Origin: Tubulanus polymorphus
Taxonomy: Eukaryota; Animalia; Nemertea
Assembly (NCBI RefSeq): GCF_964204645.1
Contig: NC_134026.1
Location: 31,458,250-31,522,249, forward strand
DNA length: 64,000 nt
Reading direction: 5' to 3'
The notes below the pieces were generated by a model. That model was not told the DNA's origin. It was given only the letters and a program-made list of their open reading frames with translations, and did no database searches. Each line of letters starts with the position of its first letter. Positions within the stretch are counted from its first letter, which is position 1. The position numbers and the translations under genes are program-made. Below, piece by piece: positions 10,501 to 22,495 of this stretch.

Positions 10501-13500
10501 TCGGTTTAGTTCTAGCACTGGCGAGTGAGTGTCAGTTTAGTTCTAGCACTGGCGAGTGAGCGTCAGTATAGTTCTAGCACTGGCGAGTGAGCGTCAGTAT
10601 AGTTCTAGCACTGGCGAGTGAACGTCAGCTCAGTTCTAGCACTGGCGAGTGAACGTCGGTTTAGTTCTAGCACTGGCGAGTGAGTGTCAGTTTAGTTCTA
10701 GCACTGGCGAGTGAGCGTCAGTTTAGTTCTAGCACTGGCGAGTGAGCGTCAGTTTAGTTCTAGCACTGGCGAGTGAGTGTCAGTTTAGTTCTAGCACTGG
10801 CGAGTGAGTGTCAGTTTAGTTCTAGCACTGGCGAGTGAGTGTCAGTTTAGTTCTAGCACTGGCGAGTGAGCGTCAGTGTAGTTCTAGCACTGGCGAGTGA
10901 GCGTCAGAGATGGACAGAAAATCGATTTTAAAATTATTTTTCTTTCTTTAGATTCAGATATTTTATTAGTTGCCGTTTTGATGATTTGATTTTCATTTTG
11001 AATTTATAGGAAAGAGGGGCGCTCATAAAGAATGCTGAACCCTAACTTCCCCCCCTCCTAAAACACACATCCCCCCCTCCTAAAACACACATCCCCCCTC
11101 CTAATACACACACCCCCCTCCTAAAACACACATCCCCCCCTCCTAAAACACACATCCTCCCTCCTAATACACACATCCCCCCTCCTAATACACACACCCC
11201 CCTCCTAAAACACACATCCCCCTCCTAATACACACATCCCCCCTCCTAATACACACACCCCCCTCCTAATACACACACCCCCCCCTCCTAATACACACAT
11301 CCCCCCTCCTAATACACACACCCCCCTCCTAATACACACACCCCCCCCTCCTAATACACACACCCCCCTCCTAATACACACATCCCGTACACGTAGGGTG
11401 AAATATGCTCCTTCCTCCCTCCATGGGCGCATGATCTACTTTATGAACGGCCCTCTTTATTTCTCACTAGTGTTTTTTTAAAGACAAACAAACGGACAGA
11501 TAGACAGTAAGACAGATAAAGAGCTAGTAGGTCAGAGAATTGAAAGTTCTGTTGATAATGAAGTATTTATCTGCTGTCAGTAAATTGTTCTCAACCCAGT
11601 TCCATAGTCCATAGCATTCAGTTTGACTAGAAAAAAAACTATTATTTCTTATCATTTAAAAGTCTAAGAATCAAACTCCAATTGTAACGGTGTATAGTGT
11701 ATTGTTGTGTATTGTTGTGTATTTCTGTTATTTGTTTCAGAAGTCTCCCACAAAACAGATCGGACATTCGATACGTAAATCATTTAAATGCGTTCCACAA
11801 AAACCAGTTTCTAATAAAATACCGCATTTTCCTGAAACTCCTGAGAAAAAGATCGACCTGACAAACATTGTGTGAGTATCTCGTATATATTTAACTGTTC
11901 CTCGAGCCCCTCGAGTCTCTCAACCCCTGTTAAACTGTTCCTCGAGTCTCTCAACCCCTGTTAAACTGTTCCTCGAGCCCTTAAACCCCTGTTAAACTGT
12001 TCCTCCAGCCCCTCAACCCCTGTTAAACTGTTCCTCCAACCCCTCAACCCCTGTTAAACATGAGGTTAACTCTGAGAACAGTATATCTGTATTTTGTCTC
12101 GCTCTATTAAACCCGCTTCAATAATATTAAACAACTTTTCATTTCTGAAGTCGAAATTGCTTTATAACCGATTGCTCTAACAACGCCACCTGGTGATGGT
12201 TCGACTTAATGCTTGCTTTTTCAGACCCGCTACACCGATATTAGTTCATAACGGTTTCCACGACAACGGGCCACAATACAGCCATTCGATGGATTTATCT
12301 TCGTTAGATAGTATGTCACAGACCCGCAGGTAACTAGGGGATACCCCCGTTATAACGAGCTCCTTTGTTGGGTTACGATTTTAAACGTTTAAATTGTTTA
12401 ATTTTAAGTCCGATGAAAAGTCATCGCAGTATTGTATCGGAGGCAACGAGAATAGACGATGAACACCGGCTGATCGCGAGATACGCAGCGAGATTAGCAG
12501 CAGATACTAATAATCCTGTACGTTAAACAAGTGTTTCATATTGATTTATTGAATTCCAAGATGGCGGCTGTTATATAGCTGAATATTTCTATATGTAGGT
12601 GATGCATTGCTCAGCTCGAAGTCCAACTGAATTAAACTTCACTTTAGATTCCGGTAAAGTTCATCGGCAACTGATTTCACAACTTGAGTCAAAAAATAGG
12701 TATGTCACACCTGTATACAGGCTGGGGTCGCAATACGGGCTGGACTGGGGTCTCAATACGGGCTGGACTGGGGTCTCAATACGGGCTGGCCTGGGGTCGC
12801 AATACGGGCTGGCCTGGGGCCTCTATACGGGCTGTATTGTATCTTCTGATGCCCTTCTAACAGAGTGCAGCCACTCAGCTCAATCCACAAATCAGCAAAG
12901 CGTAAAAAAGCCTAGAAAATGAAAAAAAAATATGATTTAGATTTTCCAGGGTAGGATCCCCCTCCCTACCCTCTGGTGGTTCTACCCCCTCCCTACTCTC
13001 TGGTGGTTCTACCCCCCTCCCCACCCTCTGCTGGTTCTACCCCCTCCCCACCCTCTGGTACCCTGTCAGAGTAATCTGGTTGAATATTTGAAACAGGGAA
13101 ATAATGAGAGAAATACAGAGACTGCGAGTGGAACAGGAAGCAAATACGAAACAAGGAGCAGAACTTCAACGTAATCCGACGTTACTGGCAGAACTGAAGG
13201 TTTTACGCTCGAGGAAAGATGAATTAGAAGGTCGTATGGGATCTTTACAGGAAGGTCGTAGAGAATTAATGTTTCAATTGGAAGGATTAATGAAACTATT
13301 GAAGGTTATTATCATTGTTCAAACTATTCAAATACTTATCTATAAAACACCTGAAATATTAAACATTAATCTGTGACATTGATGTTTCCTCTACAATGAT
13401 TCTATCCATTTACAAAAATTAACTCAAACATTGCATAGAAACATCAGATTAACTAATCTTTAATACAGTGGGTCTTTCATACGGCACTACAGGAATCAGC

Positions 13501-16500
13501 AATAGTTTACAGTCCATTCAAATACTTCATGTGAATACAGTGAAACTCACTGAGTTGTGACAATCATTACTTTCACTTAATTAACCCTTTCAGTGCTGAC
13601 TAATCAATACCCTATAGTGATGGAGATAATTTGAAAATTTTGAGAAATTCCGCCCTAGTGTGCTGAATAACGGGAATACCACTATAGTGTGTCTACACAG
13701 TGCGTTAGTTACTAGTATTTCACTATGTTTGACACGTGCTGCCATTTTTCAACAGAGATAATTACTATTTACATCAATACACCGCAGTGCGGTGTACTAG
13801 CAAAATCATCACTGATTCGTACACCGCACTGCGGTGTAGACGCACTGAAAGGGTTAATAGATTTGAGACTAGATCTGAACTAATGATATGATGACCTTTC
13901 TGAACTAATGATATGATATGATATGATATGATATGATATGATATAATATATTGTAGAATCACGGATCACCGCGATCTACGCCAGGAAGTAGCCCGAGATC
14001 ACGTTCTGGTCACTCTCCGTCTCGAGCTAGTAGCACCCCGAGTACGCCGGCTGATTCATTATCGGGATTCGGCTCGGATGTACGTCAAGCATTCCAGAAT
14101 CAACAACAGGGTAATACTACAAACAGTACACGGAGTTTACGTAATGATTTATTAGTCGCGGCAGACTCAGTGACGAACGCGATGTCATCGTTAGTAAAAG
14201 AGTTAAATTCAGAAGCGTCGAGTGAAAGTGGTGATGATGATGTCATCAGTAATCGCAAGAGTTTAGGTGAGTTACAAACCCACCCCCACACCCCCACACC
14301 CATCTAACAAACTGTGAACTCACTACCCCCACACCCCACACCCATCTAACAAACTGTGAACTCACCACCCCCACACCCCACACCCATCTAACAAACTCTG
14401 AACTCACTACCCCCACCCCCACACCCCACACCCATCTAACAAACTGTGAACTCACTACCCACACCCCCACACCCATCTAACAAACTATGAACTCACTACC
14501 CCCACACCCCCACACCCATCTAACAAACTGTGAACTCACTACCCCCACACCCCACACCCATCTAACAAACTGTGAACTCACTACCCCCGACCCCCACACC
14601 CATCTAACAAACTATGAACTCACTACCCCCACACCCCACACCCATCTAACAAACTGTGAACTCACTACCCCCACACCCCACACCCATCTAACAAACTCTG
14701 AACTCACTACCCCCACCCCCACCCCCCACACCCATCTAACAAACTCTGAACTCACTACCCCCACCCCCACACCCCACACCCATCTAACAAACTGTGAACT
14801 CACTACCCACACCCCCACACCCATCTAACAAACTATGAACTCACTACCCCCACACCCCACACCCATCTAACAAACTGTGAACTCACTACCCACACACCCC
14901 CCACCCCACACCCATCTAACAAACTGTGAACTCACTACCCCCACCCCCACACCCATCTAACAAACTGTGAACTCACTACCCCCGACCCCACACCCCACAC
15001 CCATCTAACAAACTGTGAACTCACTACCCCCACCCCCACACCCATCTAACAAACTGTGAACTCACTACCCCCACCCCCACACCCATCTAACAAACTGTGA
15101 ACTCACTACCCCCACACCCCACACCCATCTAACAAACTGTGAACTCACTACCCCCACACCCCACACCCATCTAACAAACTGTGAACTCACTACCCCCACA
15201 CCCCACCCAACTCTCCATCTAACAAACTGTGAACTCACTACCCCCACCCCCACCCAACTCTCCATCTAACAAACTGTGAACTCACTACCCCCCAACTCTC
15301 CATCTAACAATCTCTGAACTCCACTTCCCCAAACTGTGACAGAGTTTCCTTTCTGGGGTTTGCTCTAAGCTCTCAACCACAACAATTGATAGTTTGAGTG
15401 CTGACAGTTTCGTTCCCCGGCCTGTCGACCTTTCTGACCCATTGATGAATTCAATAAAACTGAGTCACTATTTTGCTAAATACTGTAACAAATTAATGTA
15501 ATTGATATGAATAGATTTTGAAGTAGAATGTGACAATGCGTTAGAGCAGACGACAGATTACTCCGGTTGGAAGGAAGAAATCAAACGTAGATTCGGTGAA
15601 GAAACTCAATTTATGCACGAACTTCATTCGAGAAGAGAAAGAGTTAAATCTGTAGATTATAACGACATCGGAAATGAAAAGTGAGTAGATCTTTTGAAGG
15701 TTTATTTCGTAGGGGGTGTCTTCCTCCTGAGTCTCCTCGTAGGGGGTGTCTTCCTCGTAGGGGAATGTCTTCCTCATGAGTCTCCTCGTAGGGAATGTCG
15801 TCCTTGCGAGTCTCCTCACAGGGGGTGTCTTCCTCATGAGTCTCCTCACAGGGGTGTCTTCCTCATGAGTCTTCTTGTATGGGAATGTCGTCCTTGTGAG
15901 TCTCCTCACAGGGGAATGTCGTGTCATCCTCTCCTCACAGCCTCACAGGGGACACATTTCAGGGTTGACTCATGATCTGTTCACAGCTCATTCACGTTAA
16001 ACTGTTTTTATTGTAGTTATATAAATATAACACGTGAAGAAATTGAACCGTATTTGAATATAAAACGACGCGAGGACGTGGACAGCGTCGACGCCGAGTC
16101 TTACGTCAGGACTGACGACGAGAGCTGTCATTTTAGAACGGATGATGAAGATGCTGAATTATATGATCAGGATCCAAAGGTAAAATATCCCCTCCCATAT
16201 TCAACCTGGAGTTCCCTCCCATATTCAACCTGGAGTTCCCTCCCATATTCAACCTGGAGTTCCCTCCCATATTCAACCTGGAGTTCCCTCCCACATTCAA
16301 CCTGGAGTTCCCTCCCATAATCAACCTGGAGTTCCCTCCCATATTCAACCTGGAGTTCCCTCCCATATTCAACCTGGAGTTCCCTCCCATATTCAACCTG
16401 GAGTTCCCTCCCACATTCAACCTGGAGTTCCCTCCCATAATCAACCTGGAGTTCCCTCCCATATTCAACCTGGAGTTCCCTCCCATATTCAACCTGGAGT

Positions 16501-17000
16501 TCCCTCCCATATTCAACCTGGAGTTCCTTCCCATATTCAACCTGGAGTTCCCTCCCATATTCAACCTGGAGTTCCCTCCCATATTCAACCTGGAGTTCCT
16601 TCCCATATTCAACCTGGAGTTCCCTCCCATATTCAACCTGGAGTTCCCTCCCATATTCAACCTGGAGTTCCCTCCCATATTCAATCTGGAGTGCCCTTCC
16701 CCATTCAACCTTGAGTTCCCTCCCATTCAACCTTGAGTTCCCTCCCATTTAACCTAGAGTGCCTTCCCTTACCTGCAGATTGTAGGCTGCAGGCTGGCAA
16801 TGTTTATATGATGATATTTATATGACGTATTTGTGTTGTTTCTATAGGAACTGATAATTCACGCTCGTTATAACCTCACAACAACCACAGACGACGAAAG
16901 TTGCTTAGAAACCGATCAAGAATCTTACATTCGAACGGATGACGAAGATGGCGGAAATACAGATTGGGAGGAGAATATGAAACGATGGGTTAATCGGTAG
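757..17000 (+). CDS. DTNB: Dystrobrevin (EF-hand region, ZZ zinc finger, syntrophin-binding site, coiled coils), ~17 coding exons
   Basis: Exons with GT-AG boundaries and consistent phases: 757-835 (tentative start exon), 1351-1665, 1986-2066 ([24 protein letters not shown]), 2506-2719 ([19 protein letters not shown]), 2949-3034, 7675-7826, 9833-9941 ([14 protein letters not shown]), 10016-10182 (ZZ: [30 protein letters not shown]), 11741-11871, 12225-12329, 12409-12517 ([15 protein letters not shown]), 12599-12699, 13097-13304, 13957-14266, 15515-15680, 16017-16179, 16848-17000 (TAG). An invertebrate gene would be co-orthologous to DTNA and DTNB. The 5' end is less certain. Confidence 0.95.
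1518..1589 (+). repeat. CAG/CAA trinucleotide run encoding ~24 Gln in the dystrobrevin N-terminal exon
   Basis: Uninterrupted cag/caa codons in frame with the exon ending at donor 1666 (ATGA|GTAAGT). Confidence 0.85.
2090..2405. repeat. Intronic minisatellite, 33-bp unit (acgacagcagacgacagtggggtcgactggggt), ~9.5 copies
   Basis: Direct tandem copies starting ~23 nt after donor 2067. Confidence 0.9.
3366..7088 (-). CDS. Nested antisense gene: predicted secreted 457-aa protein with signal peptide, Gly/Ser-rich linker, basic segment and long (QMPQNQF/N)-type heptad repeats
   Basis: Four exons, all joined in phase 1 by canonical introns: 7088-7040 ([17 protein letters not shown]|GTAATT), 4910-4614 ([20 protein letters not shown]...KKKAKQNG), 4474-3479 (Q/M/P repeats), 3397-3366 (GVPYQRFQG stop). 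Total 1374 nt = 458 codons with no internal stop. Confidence 0.75.
4985..6530 (-). mobile_element. 5'-truncated Penelope-like retroelement (PLE)
   Basis: ORF 6535-5384 has RT motifs ([41 protein letters not shown]) followed by a GIY-YIG endonuclease ([21 protein letters not shown]), the diagnostic PLE architecture. The N-terminal half is missing. The 3' UTR ends in a hammerhead motif. Confidence 0.95.
5023..5073 (-). ncRNA. Minimal type I hammerhead ribozyme at the PLE 3' end
   Basis: Minus strand reads tattc-CTGAAGA-t-gactat-taggat-atagtc-GAAAC-GTT-gaata: core CUGANGA/GAAA, stem II GACUAU/AUAGUC, palindromic ACGU stem III, GUU cleavage triplet, stem I UAUUC/GAAUA. Confidence 0.8.
5384..6535 (-). 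CDS. PLE reverse transcriptase C-terminal part plus GIY-YIG endonuclease (truncated, open frame)
   Basis: 383-aa uninterrupted ORF with YVDD and GIY...YIG motifs. Confidence 0.9.
   Translation of the reverse strand: MPQYFTDINLVCIIDLISICTTDSFFEFNNCFYEQTFGIAMGNPLSPILANLFLEHVESEILPLYTDIHPKIWLRYVDDVLALVPFDFNVDNFLIYLNSLYPSLAFTYEWESNSKIPFLDVLIFNCGSFLKFAVYRKPTNAESYLHYFSFTSPDIKLGLAQGLFLRALRICDPSFLPDEIHHINQSLKKLAYPDFLLKKALLKARTTHFRNNNLRTPTLATDKQPIIVPYVPFLENSKVSLRSLNKQLIFKYNNKLSNILINNKPKTESLNCGIYKIPCKVCDKVYIGETGRNLNQRIKEHKLDVKNFKPESGVASHVFQTSHNFDFANAELVYPCSDKTRRHILESALIIENSNNVVNLNNGFSPHNKLISKFLCKLVKLNT
6800..6963 (-). mobile_element. tRNA-derived SINE-like element
   Basis: Minus strand has an A box (TAGCTCAGTTGG) and B box (GTTCGAAATC) in a tRNA-like head with no proper acceptor stem, followed by an unrelated body. 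Confidence 0.6.
7508..7625 (-). mobile_element. Degenerate CORE-SINE-like fragment
   Basis: Minus strand B box GGTTCAAACC followed by gtgtccccgggcaacacatttatcctcagtg, which resembles the CORE segment (tgtgnccttgggcaagncactt). Confidence 0.45.
7860..8135 (-). mobile_element. Degenerate inverted copies of the PLE 3' terminus and hammerhead
   Basis: Plus strand shows agtcatcttcaggaatactga twice (~7927-7947, ~7974-7993) and aataaaaagt...cctcga...tagtttatt, matching the PLE end at 4990-5070. Confidence 0.65.
8141..9765 (+). ncRNA. Tandem array of minimal hammerhead ribozymes, 69-bp unit, 23 core copies plus one degenerate leading copy
   Basis: Unit cagtattcCTGAAGAtgactattaggata(a/t)agtcGAAACGTTgaataaactacactagctcaaggaata. 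Cores run from 8211 to 9727 at 69-bp spacing with two 1-nt deletions. The core is identical to the PLE-terminal hammerhead at 5023-5073. Confidence 0.85.
10383..10906. repeat. Intronic minisatellite, 31-bp unit (gtttagttctagcactggcgagtgagcgtca), ~17 copies
   Basis: Direct tandem copies. Confidence 0.9.
11050..11385. repeat. C-rich minisatellite (cctcctaatacacacaccccc), ~20-22-bp unit
   Basis: Direct tandem copies; G-rich on the minus strand. Confidence 0.85.
11891..12060. repeat. Intronic minisatellite, ~31-bp unit (ttaaactgttcctcgagcccctcaacccctg)
   Basis: About 5 copies just after donor 11872. Confidence 0.8.
12720..12835. repeat. Intronic minisatellite, 22-bp unit (ggctggactggggtctcaatacg-like)
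   Basis: About 5 copies starting 20 nt after donor 12700. Confidence 0.75.
13585..13853. mobile_element. piggyBac-type MITE
   Basis: TIR ccctttcagtgc...gcactgaaaggg flanked on both sides by TTAA (13581-84 and 13854-57); no coding capacity. Confidence 0.8.
14275..15330. repeat. Intronic minisatellite, ~42-48-bp unit (cccatctaacaaactgtgaactcactacccccacaccccaca)
   Basis: More than 20 copies beginning immediately after donor 14267. Confidence 0.9.
15706..15955. repeat. Intronic minisatellite, ~30-bp unit (gagtctcctcacaggggaatgtcttcctcat)
   Basis: Degenerate tandem copies after donor 15681. Confidence 0.8.
16190..16770. repeat. Intronic minisatellite, 24-bp unit (ccctcccatattcaacctggagtt), ~23 copies
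   Basis: Starts 10 nt after donor 16180. Confidence 0.9.
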
Positions 17001-17654
17001 CAGCAGTGCCACCTATTGACAAACTGCTACATTACATCGACAGCTCGGGATTGATAATGAACCGGATGAATGATATTGGCTAGGTCCTGCCAGTAGTCCG
17101 AGTGACTACGGCTAGGTCACGACAGTACTCTATAGGTCTTTCCTCTACTCAGATATTATATCATCTTCCCCCCGCTGCTATTTGTACAAATAAAGATCAG
17201 TGTCGATTGAACTTATGTTAATTATAGTTTTATTAAGAAAACGTACATCTGCCGTGAATCTCTTCGCACTCATAGTGCTGCCCCCTAGTGATGTCTTTCA
17301 GCATTATTATTGATTAGTACTGCAGCTCCACCTATAGTGTATAATGTAAACTCGTGGTTCATTCGATGTTGTATTTGATCAGTACTTATTTAATGCAAGC
17401 ACACACTGTCTGTATACATTGTAAACCCACCCGCCGACTGTTATAACACTACACTGTAATACAATGTAATCTGTATAGACTATAAAACATTACATCGTAA
17501 TTAATACATTGTGTATAAACAAACATTCATAAACTATAATGAATGTTTGCTATAAACTATGTAACATTGTAAACACTGCTTAATTGTGTGTATAATTAAT
17601 GTCGACAATAAACTACTATTAGTTTTAATATTTCATCCCTTTCTCAATTCTTTT

Positions 17655-17992
17655 TGTCAACTCATCCATTGCTGTTTCCTCCGTCAACTCATCCATTGCT
17701 GTTTCTTCCGTCAACTCATCCATTGCTGTTTCCTCCGTCAACTCATCCATTGCTGTTTCCTCCGTCAACTCATCCATTGCTGTTTCCTCCGTCAACTCAT
17801 CCATTGCTGTTTCCTCCGTCAACTCATCCATTGCTGTTTCCTCCGTCAACTCATCCATTGCTGTTTCCTCTGTCAACTCATCCATTACTGTTTCCACTGT
17901 CAACTCATCCATTGCTGTTTCCTCTGTCAACTCATCCATTGCTGTTTCCTTTGTCAACTCATCTATTGCTGTTTCCTTCGTCAACTCATCCA
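17655..17992. repeat. 27-bp minisatellite (gtcaactcatccattgctgtttcctcc) between the convergent dystrobrevin and FGGY 3' ends
   Basis: About 12.5 direct copies. Confidence 0.9.
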
Positions 17993-18152
17993 CAGAAATA
18001 ACAATAATAAGTCAATCACATATTTAAATATTGTGAATTTTATTCAAAGAGACAAATTTATAAATAATCATTTACAACATAAGAGACTATTGGATAGTAT
18101 TGTTGCTATGTTAACTGGCCACCAGTATTAAAGTTCCGTATTGTTGCCACGG

Positions 18153-21095
18153 TTACTGGTCGTCGCGCATTATATTTCTGTATTGTTGCTGATTTTCGAG
18201 CATCAAACGGAAAACTTTATATTTGTTGTCGTGGAAACTGCGAACTGATCGGTTCGGACGGACGACATGTCCGTCACCGCACATTGTATCCATAGCAACC
18301 TGCAACAATATCAACACACAATAATGAGAGGAAGAGGAGAGGAAGAGTAGAGGGAGGGAGAGGGAGAGGGAGAGAGAACAGTGATGAGTTTATTTACCTG
18401 CATAGTAGGATATTCATGAGCTGCAATAGATGCGAGTATCGCTGAGCCTAATAATACTGACTCCTTCTCATCGGGTAAAACAATCGGTAAACCTTCAATA
18501 TAGAAACATGACAATAATCAGAGTCAGAGGTTTAAACGAGGTTTTTATAGAGGGAGAGAATGAGAGATGACGAACCTGTTATATCTGAATGTATCTGAAT
18601 GTATAACTGATTCTTACTCAATCCACCACAAGCATAAATAACTCTGATATCGTAACCGCTGTCCGTGTATGTTTCTATAATATGCCTCGTGCCGTACTGA
18701 AAATAAACCGGTCGCTAATCACAATATCACTCAATATTACAATCAATCAGTAATCACTGCACTGTAACAGAGAACTGTGGAATAGAGTTTAGAATCCATT
18801 TCCACGGTTTGCGGTTCTAAGAGAACCCAGTGACAGCTGTGGAAAACCCGAGAGTCCAGACAGTTTTAATACCGGTACTTACAGCCAGAGCTTGGATTGC
18901 AGCCAAATACAATACGGCTAAATCATTTAAATCACATGATAAACTTAAACCAGATATCTGTAAAATAACGATACAATAATCTATAACAGGCAGTGAGAGT
19001 AGAGAGAGAGAGAGAGAGAGGGAGAGGGAGAGTATTTTACCATTCCGGTCAGAGTAGAATCACTAATCGGTGATCTGTTACCGTGGTAATCAGGCCACAT
19101 GTGAAAATTCCTCGTTAATAATGAAACATCGTTTAACGCTTGTTTCTTCGTTAAATCATCGAGTATCTCCTCTAGTTCGCTGTGTATGTGGCGCCCTCTA
19201 CAATTATAATAAACTGTTTAAACTATTTTACCAAACAATTTCAAGCAGAATTTGTAGAAAGAAGTAGAACGTACGTAGTTTTGGAACGGTCTATAAGTTT
19301 CTGATAGGCTGCATGAGTTTCTATCAAATGATCGATCTACACGAATAAATATCAATCGATTTGAATTGAATTTGTAAATTCCTATTAAATCGGATTGTTG
19401 CTATAGATACTGACCAGTTTACCACTGGCGCTCTGTCCAGCTTCATGATTCCACATTCCAGATATCATCGCGGAATAATTCGGGCCCCAAACTCCGTTTA
19501 TTGGAACTTCCTTATCGCTGACCTGGAACTCAAGTACTGAACTATGAGACCAACTCCAGGGAGGGGGAAGGAAGGAAGAGGGCGTGAAGAGGGATGAACC
19601 TCGGTTAATGTACTCACCACCATATGACAAGTAGATGTACCACTAATTAATACCATTCTATTGATCAATGGAACATTAACATCAGGTGAATTAAACACAG
19701 TACAACCAATACAACCTTTAAAACATAAACATGCATTATACTACAATAGTGAGGAGAGAGGGGAAAGGAGTGAGGAGGGATGGGAGGGGAGGAGGGGAGT
19801 GAGGAGGGATGGTAGGGGAGTGAGGAGGGAGGGAGGAGAGAGGGTGGGATATTGTACTCAATACAGACCTACTCCTCCAGCATGTGCGTCTATAATACCA
19901 GTAGCTACTGGTGTATGTTCTAATAATCCTAACTGATCGGCGGCCATTTTATTGAGTCCTGTATCACAGACAGCATCTCCAGGTAACAGAACAACACTAC
20001 CTACAACACAATCACAGTCAGTTCAGTCTGGGGGTAGGTATCAGTCTGGGGGTAGGTATCAGTCTGGGGGTAGGTATCAGTTTATCTAGCATTATCTACA
20101 GAAATATATTTACCTATTTTAGCAAAGTTATCGTCGATAAGTTCCTCTAAACCAATCTCGCGTAGGAATGATTCATCCCATGAATTAGTTTGGTATAACC
20201 ATTTAGGACCGACGCAACCAGCTGACCTTAAAATAATCCATTACACATTAAACAAAATGAATTTCAAAACAATGTCTAAAAATATATCGAGGAGCTCCTA
20301 CAAGATGCATACAAGATGCATACCTGGCTGTGGAACCTGTGGCTTTCCACGTCAAAAAATCAGGAAGTTCCATAAAATGTCCAGCTTTATTCCAACATTT
20401 CTCCGACAAATTCTACATTTCAAACATCAAACATATCTTAAACCAAAGAGTCAATTCAAACCTTTACTTAAAACTGATATAGGCGTTATTTATACCTGTT
20501 TTAGCCAAAGTACTTTTGTAAGAGACATTTCTAGCGATATCTTGTGCCCCACATATCTCAATATTGGATGTTTAGTAGAATTGATTTCTTGCATCTGTTT
20601 TTCAGCTCGGTGATCCAACCACATTATAACGTTCCGTTCGTCCGAACCTGAATAAAATGTGTCATAACTATTATAACCGTGCTGCCCCCTAGTGAGAGTG
20701 TAACTAACAACAAACGTACCGCTCGGGCTGACTGTCAAGGCGGCTCCGTTCGAGTCTAAAACAACTAAGGAACAAGTCGCATCGAAACCAATTCCTTTCA
20801 CTTTCGTCGCATCAACATCTTTAGTAACATTCTATAAATAAGGTCAGTAATTCAGTTAGGGGGGATGACAAAGATTGCCCCTCTTAGGCCCGTACTATGA
20901 CTCCGTTAAACTAACCTTCACACAAGTGCAAACACCGTTCCAAATATCAGTCGTTGATTGCTCGTAATAATTACAACACGGTTGCCAAATGTGTAATGGA
21001 TGCGTGTATGATTTTAACAGTTTCCCATCGTGTGAAACTAGAGCGCCTCTTACGCCACCAGTTCCAACATCTATTCCGATATAATAACTCATCAT
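18153..21095 (-). CDS. FGGY: FGGY carbohydrate kinase domain-containing protein (ribitol/D-ribulose kinase), 14 coding exons
   Basis: Exons 21095-20916 ([17 protein letters not shown]), 20831-20720 ([12 protein letters not shown]), 20647-20496 ([11 protein letters not shown]), 20412-20324, 20226-20114, 20000-19869 (IIDAHAGG), 19715-19618 (ISGTSTCHM), 19522-19415 ([10 protein letters not shown]...[10 protein letters not shown]), 19336-19275, 19197-19041 (PDYHGNRSP), 18957-18883, 18696-18576, 18492-18398, 18299-18153 (TAA). Confidence 0.93.
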
Positions 21096-21401
21096 CACTG
21101 ATCTACAACACAGCAAACTAACAAAAACTGATCAATCATGAGTCAGAATCAGATCTTGTTGTATCTTGATCGTATCGAGTCACTCACTATTCTATATCAA
21201 ACTGGGTCAGTTCCTGAAAATAGCAACAAACAAGGGCCAGACGGCAACAAGACCAAAGGGGGTAATCAGCTGGTAATGTGCATGGTGTCTAATATTATAT
21301 AACCATTATAATGGAGGACTCGGTGAGGTTGTGATGTATGTTTTATTGTAAAACTTTTCAAAGTCGCAATAAAGAAACAATTGAATTGATTATATTTTAA
21401 C

Positions 21402-21753
21402 CGTCAAGTGCTGCCCCCTATACAGGGTCGACTTATGTTGGTGTACGAAAATTCCGTTATCGTTGAGTATAGCGGCAGCACCTTACGTTACCGGGCCAGC
21501 GCGTTGACTGCCAGGGTCGACTCGTGTTAGTGAATGGAAATTCCGTTATCGATTACAATAGCGGCAGCACCTTACGTTCCCGGGCCAGCGCGTTGACTGC
21601 CAGGGTCGACTCGTGTTAGTGTATGGAAATTCCGTTATCGATTACAATAGCGGCAGCACCTTACGTTCCCGGGCCAGCGCGTTGACTGCCAGGGTCGACT
21701 CGTGTTAGTGTATGGAAATTCCGTTATCGATTACAATAGCGGCAGCACCTTAC
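21402..21753. repeat. 89-bp tandem repeat (~3.7 copies) derived from a small hairpin element upstream of FGGY
   Basis: agcggcagcac recurs at 21471, 21560, 21649 and 21738. The first unit is bounded by inverted gtgctgcc...tata / tatagcggcagcac. Confidence 0.8.
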
Positions 21754-22252
21754 GGTGTAGCGAGACAGTTTCAAATCGAATTACGCCAACGATTGTTATA
21801 TTTGTGATGTGCATTTAAAACTAATTGCCTTTAGTAGAGTTATCTTACTAGAAGATACATGTAGAAAAGATGTAATTACGCTATCAACCATTTCAATGGT
21901 GTTTGTATGAGGAAGAAAACCAGTTTACAAAAACACATGAACAAAAACATGAAGTATTTTAGTTGTAGCTTTTTTGTGTCCGTCGATGTCTTTAACTTCA
22001 TGTAATGTGGATAAAGTTTAGGGAAACGACACTTCATTGGCAAATAATTAGAATTGTTGAGATCATGTGCAACAATAAATATGATCTCTGATGGACAACG
22101 TCTACTAAAATGATGATGATGAGGATGTTCTCGGCCGTGCTACACACACGTGTGCGCCATAAGTCTAGCTGCGATATGTGCGTGCAGTGAAAAGCGCCTC
22201 GTGCGTGACCTAGTAAACGGTTTCCTGGGAACTGCAACCGATTCACAACTGC

Positions 22253-22425
22253 CAGGGCCAAATTCGGTTTTCGTATCTAGTCCACTAGTGGTCGGATCGA
22301 ACTAATAACCGAATGCGCTTGATTTTCGAACTATTTTCGGAATATAGTTCCGACTAATGGACATTCGGTTACGTCTAGTCCAACTACGTATAGTCGACTA
22401 ACTCAGAAAACCGAAGGTGGCCCTG
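22253..22425. mobile_element. MITE with 20-bp TIRs
   Basis: cagggccaaattcggttttc ... gaaaaccgaaggtggccctg (18/20 match); no clear TSD. Confidence 0.65.
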
Positions 22426-22495
22426 GGTTCGTGAAAATGATTCACGGGCCGGCCGTGAAAAGCAGTTAACTTTATAGCAGGGCAGTGAAACGGGG

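Noticed and set aside
17586-18131. (MDELTEETA)n and (LIHCCFLRQ)n ORFs
   Set aside because: 27-bp minisatellite between two 3' ends; no splice or domain support.
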